DNA of 63,659 nucleotides, filler included, from Choristocarpus tenellus KU-1152 (Eukaryota; Protista; Phaeophyceae): the NCBI GenBank assembly GCA_964200185.2. It is 12 parts of 12 records of this genome, joined end to end, with 100 filler letters (N's around TTAATTAATTAA, not from the genome) between each part and the next. Parts side by side here need not be neighbours in the genome. Positions count along the whole stretch, not along the records: positions 37,380 to 41,766 come from CAXNAD020014790.1; positions 41,867 to 51,227 come from CAXNAD020003749.1; positions 51,328 to 54,565 come from CAXNAD020021334.1; 9 more parts are not named here. The stretch is one strand, 5' to 3'. Below the pieces are notes generated by a model. It was not told the origin of the DNA. It did not search any database and worked only from the letters and a program-made list of their open reading frames with translations. Both the position numbers and the translations under genes were made by a program. This document shows, in pieces, positions 39,000 to 52,268 of the stretch (position 1 is its first letter; the number at the start of each line of letters is the position of its first letter).

Positions 39000-41200
39000 C
39001 CTATAGTGATTAATACTATTGCAAAAGCGTACCAGAGCTATTGATACCGTGCAAGAATCTCTTGGGGTATAATGGAATGCTGTTTACCTTTTTGCTCATG
39101 CTGAATGGAGGCAAGACCGTAGTGACCTTCCAAAAACTCGATCTTGCTGGCTGGGGTCATTGTCAAGCCCTCTCTAATGCGTGACTACGAGGTATGTATT
39201 TCCTTCAAAATTACAGGTAGGAGGACCATTCTGACAAACATGTATTGTGTGTTTTTCCAAGTCTTTTCAAATTATTACAGAGAAGGTAAGGGGGAAAGTA
39301 TGTCTCAGAGGCACCACCAGAATGCTTTCTCCTGTCCTCCTATCATCCCGTTTGGTTTCACAATTCAATTTCCTCAAACATCAAGTTTTTGACCAAGTTG
39401 CATCGTTCACAAGCACCACGAAATCCGCAAACAGCAGCCTCTTTGTGTCTTGTCGCCTTGATGCTCTCGCACTTGGTTTTCCCTAGTGCTTCCCTGTATG
39501 ACAAGGGGTGATCGTCACTTTCCATTCACAGAAGCTGATTCAGTACTGGAAAAACTTGCAATGCTGGATACAAACCTGAGCACAGTGGTCTGTCCTGGGT
39601 GTCCACGCCATACAACCATACAGTATAACCTCAACCACTTCGATTGCGAGTATCCAAATTTTCAGTTCAAGTGGTACATCAACTGGTCGGTTGAATAGTT
39701 CTCTACTAAACTTCATGAACTGTCCCCAGGCTTGTTGGATCTAGTGGTGAATCTCTGGTGGATTGGGTTGCACTCCATACCTTCAGCGACTGTCATAGTT
39801 GGCATTCTGGAAAGCTTTCCCCTCTATTAGCACTTATTATTCCCAGTGCAGTGAGACCACTCTTGATGCGCCAGAAAGCGGGATTTGTAGGCAATCTTCC
39901 TTCCAACATGTCGGAAACGTTTGTGATAGGAGCTGGGGGATCCACAGCCTTCGAATTAACGTAGCCACAGGGACCGAGATGGGAATATGGTCCGAGCTCC
40001 AATTGTGTTGCCGTGTTTTTATCAGCTTCTCAGATGAACGTATAGTGATGATGCCCATTTGTTTATTCCCTACACGACTCCTGTAATATCTTGTATGCTT
40101 GGTTCTTGCACTCACACACCCGAATTGGCTCTTCATGCTTCATCTACAACATTCTACTAGTCTACGAAACTACACGCGCAGAATAGATGGATTTTAAATG
40201 AGAATCTTCTGGAGCGATAAAACCTGTCAGTAACTTCAACGTATCACAAGCAGCCACCCTAGTAGGCATTTGTCGACCTTTGACGGGGATGGGGTAATGC
40301 CGACCTCTCGCACACACAGGGCCGTGTAGTGGTAACATGGGGGAGCTGTACACTCAGAGCATAGGGAAGGGGAACTCTAAGCAGAGGAAGTATACAGCTC
40401 CATAAGGAGAGGAATACTTGAGGGGCTGCCAGGGTAAGCCCCTGGGGGGAAAGGAGAAGATCCACCAGATAGCAGCAACAGTGCTCCAGCATTATCAAGA
40501 GGAAGAATACACACTATGCGGGCTATGCTTGGGAAAGGAGAAGCACCATCAGCTAGCAACCATGGTGCTCCAACAGCACTAGGAGGAAAGGCAAACTAGG
40601 GGACTGTGCCCGTTCAGCAGGGGTGGGGTGTATCAGAGAGGGTCTAGTCCTGCCTGTACTGAAGCAAATGATCTAGCTGAACGTACATGTGTAGTCGTAG
40701 GGCCTGCGGGGTAACTTCGACCCCCAGAGTGGCTATTAGTACTAGAGAAGTTTAAACCAATTACAGTATCAGAGACCAGGGCCCTGCCAGACCACTCCAG
40801 AGTGTTTGGCTAAAAATTTGGAATAGCTTTAGAAGGGGAGGAGGTGTCTGGCAATAGTTACAGATACCCACTGGTATCTTTTGACACAGAATAGATCGAG
40901 AATTCGTCCCACTGTTGGGAGACCAACCACAGATCATAAGAAAAACTTTCAGTACATCGTCAAGGTCCCCTGCAAACATATATGACCAGGATGAATTGAT
41001 GTGTGCAAAGATTGTATGCATGCGTACTATATACTTAGAAGTACTGTATATTTCTTCCAAAGTACAGCATGTATGTAGTAAATCAATAAACAATAAATAA
41101 TATCCTTCTAAAACTTGCACCATAAAATTCTCTAACCTATCCAAATATACACACATTAAGCAGCAAGTACATATACATGGTAGTATAGGAGGTAGATCTA
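39000..41200 (-). mobile_element. Degenerate APE-type LINE (endonuclease + RT) remnant
   Basis: Minus-strand order: FAGDLD (about 40970), WSSDHIPISV (about 39990, APE SDH motif), LLFADF (about 39430), DILSPYLL (about 39300, RT motif). Many stops. Confidence 0.62.
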
Positions 41201-42176
41201 CCGATCTACCACCAAAATACTCTAGATACATATTGAAACTACAGCAATATGCAAAACTCGTTGGGCATCACACATCAAGCGCGTGTGTGTAAGTTATATG
41301 GTAGTTTGTGTGTTTGTTGTAATACTACACACGTTACTATTGTTACAGTACATCCCCATGCCTATTTAAGTATATCCGCCTTAATTGAAAGAGGGAACAT
41401 GTGAGCATGGATGGCACTGCGCAGTTTTTGGGACAAGGTCAAGTTATGAATTACGTTTGAATTGTAGCTATGTCCACTAAAATCTAGCATGCTCAGGTCC
41501 AGAATATTGGTGGTAGCTCATCTACAAGTGTCTCGACATTCCTTCAGTTAACAGAACGGAGGAACTCATTGGGAAAGGCATCTGGCATTCCAGAGAGGTC
41601 AGATAGATGGGCATGGAAGCTGAAATTGCTGTTTTCTTCTGGTTGAGGTCATAAGACATTTCTCAACCCTCTCAGGTATTTCGTTACACAGGTTGGGTAA
41701 GTATTACTTCCAGAGGGACCCATAGTATGGTAGGGGGGGGGGGGGGGTTTTGTCAGGTCATCCATTNNNNNNNNNNNNNNNNNNNNNNNNNNNNNNNNNN
41801 NNNNNNNNNNTTAATTAATTAANNNNNNNNNNNNNNNNNNNNNNNNNNNNNNNNNNNNNNNNNNNNCACAGGGTCCTGCCTCTTCTGGCCCCTCCAGGAT
41901 ACCACCTTACCCTCTATCCCCATACCGCCAAGACCTCTCTTTTATTTTCTTATATTTTGCTGTGTCAAATTTGTTTGGATTGTCTTGATTGGTCAAGAAT
42001 TGTTCTAATCGATCATACGCATTGGAACTCTCTATACATGGATGCATACATGTATGTGTGTGTTATGTTGTCATTCTGGCAGACCAATCACTGTTACATT
42101 GTGATTACCCCTCATCTCATACAGCAATAGCTTTCAAGCTCACCCTTGAAAAGCAGCACTTTTATTGTGACCCAAA

Positions 42177-42431
42177 GAGTGAAAGTATCTTAGAGGGTAC
42201 GAGTTTTGCCCTGTATGTCCATTTGGGGCTTGGCTTCCCACGGTTTTTTTATGACATTTTACCTACTCCAAAACGTTTCGGAGTAGGTAAAATGTATACG
42301 TTATGAAAAGGTGGGTCCGGAACAAGGATATTGACACTTCCTAACAAACACGATAGCCAAAATTTCATCAAAATAGCAACATTGAATTTTGGCCCCCAAA
42401 TGGACGTGGCTCTACCCTCTAAGATATTTTG
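42177..42431 (+). mobile_element. MITE family A copy, closest to consensus, right tip eroded
   Basis: GAGTGAAAGTATCTTAGAGGGTA...; 42-bp palindrome at 42254-42295. Confidence 0.9.
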
Positions 42432-42615
42432 TTATTATTATTATCAATATTGTCATTATTATTATTATTATGCAGTAGAGAATGCTTTTGTGAGCATGAT
42501 GCCAGGACTCAGATGAGAGGCACCACCAATCAACTACTTCTTGAGCAACACTGGTAGAGGATTTGATTTGCTGACCTCCACCAACGGACATTATATATAT
42601 ATTTTTGTGCGTTTT

Positions 42616-42877
42616 GAGTGAAACTATCTTAGAGGGTACAAGTTTTTCCCTCTTTGTCCATTTGGGGCTTGGCTTCCTATGGGACTTTTGTGACATTTTC
42701 CTACTCCAAAATATTTCGGAGTGGGGAAAATGTGCATGTTATGAAAAGGTGTGGTGGGAACAAGGATGTTGACACTTCCTGACAAACACGATAGCCAAAA
42801 ATACAATGAAATTGCAACACAGGATTTTGGCCCCCCAATGGACGTGACTCTACCCTAACCCTAAGACACTTTGACTC
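42616..42877 (+). mobile_element. MITE family A copy
   Basis: Same TIRs and body; flanks TTTT and TTTA. Confidence 0.88.
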
Positions 42878-43680
42878 TTTATTTGAGTGAAAGATTCAAA
42901 CTACACCAAAGCTGACTGTGGTAGCACATTAACCAATGAGTTTTGTTACCACCAAGAGCTCCCTCTGTTTATGCAGAGCAGCAGCTCCTAAGGAGTGAAA
43001 CCACCTAAAGGCAAGGTTGACTTTGTACCTTTTGAGTGCTAATTAGTCTTTCTTGAACAGTGTGTGGTATAGACCAATCCCATGCCTGGAATAAAAGTTA
43101 ACCCCCACTAGGAGGGCGTGACTATTGAAGAAGATTAGGAGCAAGCACGCCATTGGTCGCCCTCCACAGCACTCAAGACATGTATACCACAGGGCAGCCA
43201 AAGGGATCCTTTGAACCTGATTACACCCTTTCTTAGATAGGGTCACTTGTGATGAACTCATACTACTAACTATACAGCATACTCCAGGCAGATCTGCACT
43301 GTTAAGCTCGCAGGGTTGACACAAAAAAAAAGGAATACGAGTAATTGAACAAAATCATTGCAACTTCATGCCTATGGAAATTATGCAACATCAGGACCCA
43401 TTTTTCCCACTTACATGACCACAACCCAATCGGTGTGGGGATCTACAAAATAAAAATAATAAATAAGAATCTACCACAATTTCAGAAGAATTAAAGTCCT
43501 GTGCACCCAACGAAGTGAGTCAACCTCTTCCTCTCCCTCTTCTTGCAAGCCTTCCAGCCGACGATGCCTTCAAAAAGTATTGTTACTCTCCTTCCCAATC
43601 GGGACGTACACGGGACATACTTCCCTATGACCTCCTGCTTGCGTAACTAACCACCTTGCACTTCTTCCTGGGGCAGCGGT

Positions 43681-43730
<50 letters not shown>

Positions 43731-43800
43731 ATTTACGACAAAACGTGTGTACACTTCTAACCCTAACCCTATAAATATCCCTCAATGCCGTTTCTCCTAG

Positions 43801-44422
43801 GACACGGAAATGTTTTCTCGTCGTTTTTGTATCATCTTGGCCAGTGGATACGTCACCGGCGTTTTACCGTGGGGCCTGATTGCACTGATTGTAAAGTATA
43901 ACTACCCTCCATACTCTATTTCCCGGTATTCAACCAACACACTTGGAGCCCTGCTTGTCTTAAGGGCATGGCTTGGGCCGGAATGGGTCCTTAAAGTGGG
44001 CTATGCGATAAAGTGGCTATTTACAATGAACCTGTACAACAGGGACGAGATTGGGAATGCCATGATCGCTGGTGAGGCAAAGTTATCTGCGTTTATCTGT
44101 TCCCCTTGGATTGATGTTTCCCCTGTAGAAATTTACTCATTGCGATGTTCATTCTTGTTTGTCATGTTCATTCGTGTCAATCATGTTCATTCGTGTCAAT
44201 CATGTTCATTCTTGTCAATCATGTTCATTCGTGTCAATCATGTTCATGTCAATATACTCATTCTTGTCAATCATGTTCATTCTTGTCAATATAATCATTC
44301 TTGTTTGTCATGTTCATTCGTGTCAATCATGTTCATTCTTGTTTGTACCTTTGTTTGTACTTTTGTTTGTACCTTTTTACGGTGTAGATTACACCTCGTG
44401 CAAAGCAGGTTGTGGAACATGA
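43801..44422 (+). CDS. Unknown membrane protein, probable last two exons
   Basis: Exon 43801-44071 (CCTAG acceptor, G|GTGAGG donor) has hydrophobic segments; in-phase terminal exon 44388-44422 (DYTSCKAGCGT*). Confidence 0.6.
44147..44345. repeat. About 19-bp intronic minisatellite (TCATGTTCATTCGTGTCAA)n
   Basis: Seen directly. Confidence 0.92.
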
Positions 44423-44548
44423 TTGTGCCATCATACTGGAGGGGGGGAAGATAGCAACAATACCTTGACCTTAGTGCGGACACCCCCTTCCCACTCTGTT
44501 AGGGATAGGGTTGGGGTTAGGGCTTGTCCCGATTTGAAAAACTCAAAA

Positions 44549-44592
<44 letters not shown>

Positions 44593-45159
44593 GCTGCTGT
44601 GCTATCAGTTATGTCCTTGGTATACAATTTTACATGAAATGATTGACAAAAAGACTGGTATACCTTAGTCATGCCTTAGTTTAGCAAAAGTCCCCTCACC
44701 ACTGACCATCACACAAGCCTCTGTGCATCCTAGTACCCAAGCACATTGATCCCAGTTGTTACTGAGTGCAAGGAGCATTGCCTGATTCCCTTCCAATCAT
44801 CTAATCCTCAGGCAAGACAAGGTACCTCATCATCTACTCATCTGTTTTTGGCACCCTGTTCACTATTGGAGTTTTGCAGCTCTTCAACACATCGCTGTTT
44901 GAAATTCTATCACCTGCGGCTCTTTTGGTCTTCAGCTTCTATGGGCTGATGCTTTCAGTGGTTCAAGGACTGCCCATCACACCGAGAATCAAGCTTACAA
45001 CAATTGAAAGGTAAGGGTATAAGGTCAACGGCAGAGGCCACAGACTGTGGGTAAAGGCCTTTTCTGCCTTTGAAAACACATCCTTTGTTTTGACATTTCG
45101 TTTCACTTTGACTACGGTGTTATGGAGTTAGAGTTAGGGTTAGGGACATTTCATTTCCT

Positions 45160-45601
45160 GAGCCAAAGTTATCTTAGAGGGTAGGGCCGCGTACATTTGG
45201 GGCCAAAGTCCAATGTTGCAATCTTGACGTAATTTTGACCCAAAATATCTGGGGGGAGGGGGGGATCTACACTAGGGTGTCCATTTGGACCAAAATCAGG
45301 AAAAGTTCATTTACATTATCCATCCGACACATCCAACCAAATCACCCAAAAATCGAGATATGAAGAAATTGACCCCAAATGGATAACCGCCACCCTCCCT
45401 CAGATACTTTGAGCCTTTTGGCTATTGTATTTGTTAGGGAGTGTCAGTATCCTTGTTCTGGACCCACCTTTTCATAACGTGCACATTTTACCTACTCCGA
45501 AACATTTTGGAGTAGGTAAAATGTCATAATAAGAACGTGGGAAGCCAAGCCCCAAATGAACAAACAGGGAAAAATTTGTACCCTCTAAGATACTTTCACT
45601 C
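45160..45601 (-). mobile_element. MITE family A copy (reverse, TSD TCCT) interrupted by a family-B MITE
   Basis: TCCT|GAGCCAAAGTTATCTTAGAGGGTA ... TACCCTCTAAGATACTTTCACTC|TCCT. Confidence 0.92.
45237..45415. mobile_element. Complete 179-bp family-B MITE, TSD TTTT
   Basis: TTTT|GACCCAAAATATCTGGGGGG ... CCCTCAGATACTTTGAGCC|TTTT; uninterrupted copies have a single TTTT at this site. Confidence 0.9.
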
Positions 45602-48600
45602 TCCTTTTCTCGTTTATGTAGAACTAAGCAGCATTCAACTGACCTTGTCAACAGTATATCACTGTCTCCTCCTTACAGTGGAAGCAATTCTACAACATTT
45701 TGACGGCATTACTACATTCCAATTTAGTGATTCGTGGCAGGATTCGAGCAAACCACTGCTTAAAAGTACTTCAGAGTAGCCAGTATGTTGAAGTGTCCCC
45801 CAAGTTTGTAGTGTTGCTACCGCCACTATTGGACAGTGACTATGCATCCAAACAGAGTGGAGCTATCCTGTGACGTCACTACCTTGTATTCACAAGAAAA
45901 GATAGAAAAAGTTGCTTTAAAAACAAAAAAGAGCTCTTTACTTCTGTTGCTGTTGTGTGTTTATGTGTGCAAAGGAGTCCAAGGGAACTATCCAAGAGAA
46001 CTATTGCTACGGGGTCTTTTTGTGGTCCTTGCCAGAGGTTTGACTTGACAACTTCAGAGAGTTAGTCGGTAAATTGACCTAGTACAAAAGATGTCGTTTT
46101 ATTTTTTTTTACTCCCCTGAACGCCAATTTGAAACAAACACCAACTTGGGTGAACCGGTGTGTATTACTCTTCTAAATTTTGTAGATTCGTATTCATTGG
46201 CATTGAGCTTTCATGTTGAGGGACCGGTTTTAATAACTCACTTTCTCCTTCCCCCCTTAGCTAGCTCCCATGGTGCTGCTGGTGCATATGTCTATGTGTG
46301 TGCTTGTGTTTGTCTGTTGAGTCTTGTGTACAAACACCACCTCTTGAATGCAATGTAAACTTGGAGATCATTGCTCCCTCTGACTATGATCTTGAAGTGT
46401 ATGTCTGCTACAGTGGCCTCCATGTTGTCGCACACTATATATATGTTGCAGAGCTCCTCACTTAACACAGTATAACTCTGGCATATAATGAATTCAACAT
46501 TCAGTACAGTGGTATAGGTATAGCTTCTCAGAGTATCTGCCAAGCTCCATATTTCATCAATGTCCTCCAAAAACAAATGTATTCTATGTAATGCAGCACA
46601 GTGGACAGGCGACCACCCCAAATACCCTCTCCCCTATCACATTATAGGGGGATGTTCATCAGAGTACACCGTCAAGTCCAGTGTCCGTGTGAGAGGCGCA
46701 TGGAAAACTGTGGAGATATGCATAGCAGGAGCGAGCTCTTTTGTGTCTTTGTTCGAGAATCTCTCACTTTGGCTGAGATGCTCAGGGGGGATTCCACTGT
46801 AGGATAGTTCCTAAAATTCTGAAGCACTTAGGAGTAAATTGTATATTTTTTAACACACACATACTAAGAACTGTATACACATTACGACCATTTTCAAGTT
46901 CAAAAAATGCACCACCTCTTCATTGGTAAACCCTAATGGGACTTTTCTACAAAACTTGGAAAAGAAAGAACCCCATCAAATAAATCATGAGCGCATTCCC
47001 CCTATAAATATCATATTTCCAAGTAGTAACACAACAGTAGGATATGTAGTATGGAACAGAGATAGAGCCCAAAGCATACAGTTTATACTACAGCGCATTC
47101 AGCACAGTAATACCTACATTATACTTGTAATCCTCTTCTCTTCCCCCCTTACTATATCTGTCCGGGATATCTCAGTGTGCATGCACCACAAATTATTATC
47201 CTGCACTAAGAAGCATATGGATGATAAGATACATTATGGTCTGTCTTCAACACTGACACGGTCAGACCGAATTACCTTGGCACGTTCACAATCTCTATAA
47301 TCCTGATCAAACCTCCTTGAGTATTAGACACAACGCCCACATTCTGAGTATAGTGCAAAAGGTTGTAGACACCATGTATTATCGGACTGCACTTAGAAGC
47401 ATACAAGAGATAGGGCACAGGCATCTGATGCTTTGCGTGTCAAAATAACTGACCCTAACAAGAACAATCTTAATGAGTAGTCAACTCTTCAGTACTGTTA
47501 TGGTTGGTAAAAACTATCCACGGATACTGGTAAGAGTATGTAGTGCACAATATAAACTTAAGTCCAATTTTGTCTCAGCAGCACTACAGCCCAGGGGAAA
47601 GGAGCGTTTGATCAAGCATGCAAAGGTACATACCTCCTAATACTATTACACTTCACACACACAAAAATACTCAAGTATTCACATATTTTTCGAAGTGCAT
47701 GGTACAGATCTGTGCATACACAAAAGGTACTGTACTTCTCGTCTATCTTGGCTCAAAGAGTGTGTACAAGACAGTGTGGATGGTGTAACGTGGAGTGTGT
47801 GTAGAGGAGACACGCTGCAGCAATGGGAGAGTATGGATAGTTGGAGGTGGGTCATCAGATGGCCTGTACTGTGATATTCAGCTCATTGTTATCCTACGTT
47901 TGTTGCAGTCGAGTTTTGGACGAGTTCTCGTTTCTCTCCTGTATTTAGGAAGAGGAGTTGCATGTGCCAGGCAAACCCGCGATGACTTTGTTCCATGTAG
48001 GTAATCATGTTTAGGAGCAACATATTCTTCCTCTCTTTCTGACGGCATAGTATACATCCTCTACCACGTGACTCATGATGTGGGTGTCCTGCAGTGTGGA
48101 GGGGCAGGCCAGGATGAGGAGATTGTCCTGATGACTGGTAGTGAGTCAAAGTAGACGAGAGGGGTATCTACACTTGCATTTTGGGGATGCTGACAAAATT
48201 ATCATTTTTTTTAATGTGCGTAGGACATTCAGAATTGTTTCGGAAAATTTTAAAACAATAGAGAAATAAGCGTTCTCAATTCAAACTTAGAACCTCGTCC
48301 ACATAAATACGGACGAATAGCAATAGATTGAAAAACAGACTTGAAATACAATGCGGACAAAACCAGGGTACCTCACTACTTTGGCTCAGTGTACGTGCAC
48401 ACACGCATAAGAACCTTGAATTGATTGAAGTTTATATGAGCTGTACTCAATACGTTTGTCTGTGTTATGACACGGAAATTATGTATGCATATGTATGGCA
48501 GCAATGTTGTACGTGACTTATCGAAGGGATGATAAAGTTGCAAAACCTGCAAGTCACAAAGCCTGGAGTTGGTGTGTACACAATACAACACAGTGGGAAT

Positions 48601-49880
48601 AATTGTGTCGAATTATATTAGGCTATCCAATCTTTGAGTGGGTTATTGATGAGTATTTGGGACCCGTGTGACTACCTTCTGTGCTTGTGGTAAATGTAGT
48701 GCTTCTATCAATCTGGAGTGTAATTTATTGCGTTTCTGAATTAATGTCACTTCGTGTTCAGAAAGGGGAGTATAAATTCTACGTACACTATTGTTCACGT
48801 TATAGCAAATAAATAGGGTGTATTGCACATGGTACGAAAGATGACTGTGAATGTAAAGGGTCCAAATTGGTTCAGATGGTGCAGTGTGCAAGGCCTCTGA
48901 CCACGGGTCAGGGCTAGGTCAGATGTTCCTAGCTCCAAAATAAAGTGAGACACCACGATATTGTTATGATAATAGATAGGTTAGAAGTAACATACCCATG
49001 CATTTCCGTGCCTCCTGTCTTTCTATTTTTCCGTGTACTTGTTGCATGTCAAATTGTACAAAATGGCCTTTGCCCTTTCTCAAGATCCTTAAAATGCAAC
49101 TCTACCTACCTCTTGGTTGACTCATCTCTCACCTTATCTATGGATTAAATGCTGTACTACGACTGATTTAACTGCCTCGTGAGTGCCTTGATATTCTTGC
49201 GGATCGGGTTCACTCATACACCTTGTAGCTCAGCCTCCTCCCGTATATCTCACGCAGTACTCACCTAGTCACAATGAAGCTTGCCACTAGGACGACGATT
49301 AAGGTTTTTCGTATTCGTTTTTGTGGTTTAGAGACAGACTAAGATATATGAAGGAGTACCTTTCCACTGTGCTTGCCACACCGTCATTCAAAAAAATAAT
49401 ATTTCCTTTGACATAAATATCTTGACGGGGCCAAGTTCTATGTTCAATAACACATATTGCAATGCAGGAATTACGAGTATTTGGGCGTCCTTGAACTCAG
49501 TGGTTACATGGAGGTTTCCTTTGTGAGTTCCGATGGTTTTCAAACATTTATCCAGTTCCACATACATGCTAGACACAATGGACAGTACACCTCCTGTCCA
49601 CGATTAATACCCTATCTACAGATATACTAGTAAAACGCTGGACCAATATCAAATCTGAAAAGGTTCGAAAAAAGACGGAAGGACAAGAGAGGAGGAGGAG
49701 GTGCTGAGCTGAACGCGCCAGGATCAAGGAGGAGGTAGTAGAATTAGTAAGCAAAGCAAAATATATTGATACAAAGTACAAAATAATACAAGTGAAGTAT
49801 ATACAATGTAATATGTTTTCTTAAAACAATCTCCACAAAAGATATCTTTTTTGAAGTGAAAAACTGGAGGTGATAGAAAA

Positions 49881-49952
49881 AGCGTCGACTCGGGATTGAA
49901 CCAAGGACCCGTGGAGCTGCAATCCACTGCTCTACCACTGAGCTATCAACGC
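49881..49952 (-). tRNA. tRNA-Cys (GCA)
   Basis: GCGTTGA-TA-GCTC-AGTGGTA-GAGC-A-GTGGA-TTGCAGC-TCCAC-GGGTC-CTTGG-TTCAATC-CCGAG-TCGACGC-T. All stems pair, U73 discriminator, T-run follows, TATAAT about 35 bp upstream. Confidence 0.9.
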
Positions 49953-51131
49953 AATTAACTCGTAGATATTTGTTTGTGAATAACATTATAAAGTATGAAT
50001 GTATATCTGTACATAAGTCATCAGTTTGGGGATGTATATAATGTTCGAGAGACGAAATATTTACTCATCAATAAAGTTGGAGGATGACGTGATAATGCAC
50101 CGTGTATATAGTATTCACGTGAATGAACCATATAACCATAAGCTGTTAGCATAACCTGAAGGTATGGGAACGATTTTTTCTTAAATATGAAGGTTAGAGG
50201 TATTGGTAAGAATATGCAAGCATAAACGATGCATGTATATTGGTGCTGTGGTTAAATTAAAGGATTAGACATGTTTGTGACCATGAATAACAGGTGAATT
50301 ACGTAAACTTATAACATCATTTTTGTTGCTATCACTAGGTGTGAAGCATCAAGCATGTTTGTGGGTAACGTCAGAACCCACGTTCCCATATACCTGTTTT
50401 AGTCAGACTATTTTACCTAGCATCATTTGGGGGATGGTTGGCCCGGAACAAAGTTCCTATTTTTGCTGTCTACAATGACCCTGGTCTGTGATGCCTTTGT
50501 TAGTATAGAATCCCTTGCCAGACACATCATACGTTGAATGGACATATGTCACAGGCGATATGTCTAAGCTTTCGGGGGCGCCTGTAACACATACAGACCT
50601 CACAGTTTTACATACTTGGTTGTCGATATCATGTCCTCCTACACAACTAGGCACAGACACCCTCTACCCCTTTCGTCCTAGTGCTGCTGAAACATCGGAG
50701 CTGCTATCTGATGGAGCTTCTCGAATCTCCCGCCAGCCATAGCCTCCGTCTTTGCCTTTATCCCTCAAGCTGCTGGAGCACTGTTGCTGCCACCTGTGAT
50801 ATCTCTTCGTCCTCCCCGCCGCCTGTACAGCCTCCTGGGATTCACGCAGGTACACGCCCCGGTTTTTTCCTTCCTTCAGCACTATGGGTACTATCTGGTT
50901 GAGCTTCCCTATTCCTTTCTCCACCAGCACAGCCACCCCTTATTACCAAGGCGCAGCTGCATGTAAGAGACCTGCAGTTCCCCATCCTGACCCTCGAAGT
51001 TTAGATGTAGCACATTATGGCTGTTGCAAAATAAAAACACAGTGCTCAGCAGGATCATTGCTCAACAGGATGATTATCGCAACATGTTTGTCGGGTTTGT
51101 AGAATTCTATATACAGGAGAAATTATGTAGA

Positions 51132-51227
51132 GACCCAAAGTATCTGGGGGGGGGGGGGGGGACCCCCCCCCGGATCCCCATTCAAAAAAAACCCAGGAAA
51201 AGGGTACCAACTTTTACCACCCAAAAA
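51132..51227. mobile_element. Family-B TIR plus poly-G near contig end
   Basis: GACCCAAAGTATCTGGGGGGG... Confidence 0.75.
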
Positions 51228-51327
51228 NNNNNNNNNNNNNNNNNNNNNNNNNNNNNNNNNNNNNNNNNNNNTTAATTAATTAANNNNNNNNNNNNNNNNN
51301 NNNNNNNNNNNNNNNNNNNNNNNNNNN

Positions 51328-52268
51328 GCCTACGTTTGGGGTTGGGGGTGGTCCGGGTGTGCAGGGTATGGGGCACATGGGACAGGTGCAGAATGCAAAC
51401 CTTCAGCAGGTGCCTCAGATGGGCACAGGGGGCATGGGAGGGGGCATGGGGCACGGTCAGGGAATGGTGGGAGGGGGGGTGGGACCGGTGGGGGTACAGG
51501 GAGGCATGCCAATGGGACCAGGCATGGGCATGGGAGACTGTGAGTGGCATCATTTGCTGTGCTAGTATGTACCTATGGATTCGTTGTTGGGTCAAGCGAC
51601 ATTGCAGAGATGTGGGAGACCGCTAGTATGTATTTTGTGTGTAGGGGAGTTACAGATAATAGGTTAGGTATTTGAGTTGTGGGTAATGTAGAATCTTGTT
51701 GACATTAGATAGGATAGGGGGGTGGTAGATTTTGAATGGTCAGAGGTGCGCATAAGTGTATAGTGCTGGTATATCATGGATTCTGTGCCATCATTTCAAA
51801 TCGGTGATTAAGGGGGGTTGGAATCCGAGGGTGGGGCGGGGAATGGGAATAAATATTTTTTATTGCACCCTAACCTTGCTGAATGCATGGTGCAATCAAG
51901 CCAGGGTTAGGGTTAAAGCGGAAACAGCTGAAGCATTTTCATGCTCTTTCCACTTTTGCTATTGGTTTAGTCCTTACGTATCAGCAATACTGGTTTGCAA
52001 TTTATCTACAGACCCATGCACACTCTGCTCATTTTTTCCCTCCCTCTCTGACTTCTAACAAAATTGTATTTTTCCTATTGGACTGCTCCTTTGTTATTTT
52101 CTATATTTCCCCTCTATGTACTTGTGCATCCTTTGGCACACCCGTGTGTATTTTGTTTGTTGTGGTTGTCAGACCCTCTGGAGGAAGCACTGGGTCCGTT
52201 CCCATGCGTTCGTCTGAGGGGACTGCCATTTGAGGCTACTGTGGATGATGTGCTGCGCTTCTTCCAGG
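51328..52268 (+). CDS. hnRNP F/H-like quasi-RRM RNA-binding protein, internal exons
   Basis: G/M/Q-rich exon ending at 51539 (T|GTGAGT) is in phase with exon 52173-52268, YPLEEALGPFPCVRLRGLPFEATVDDVLRFFQG (qRRM start). Confidence 0.87.

Noticed and set aside
46292-46621. Ankyrin-like GWSPVHCAA segment
   Set aside because: A single short motif with no convincing exon structure or second repeat.
50457-50936. Possible LINE endonuclease remnant (GVAVLV...GVYL)
   Set aside because: The motifs are too short and lack GDxN/SDH support.
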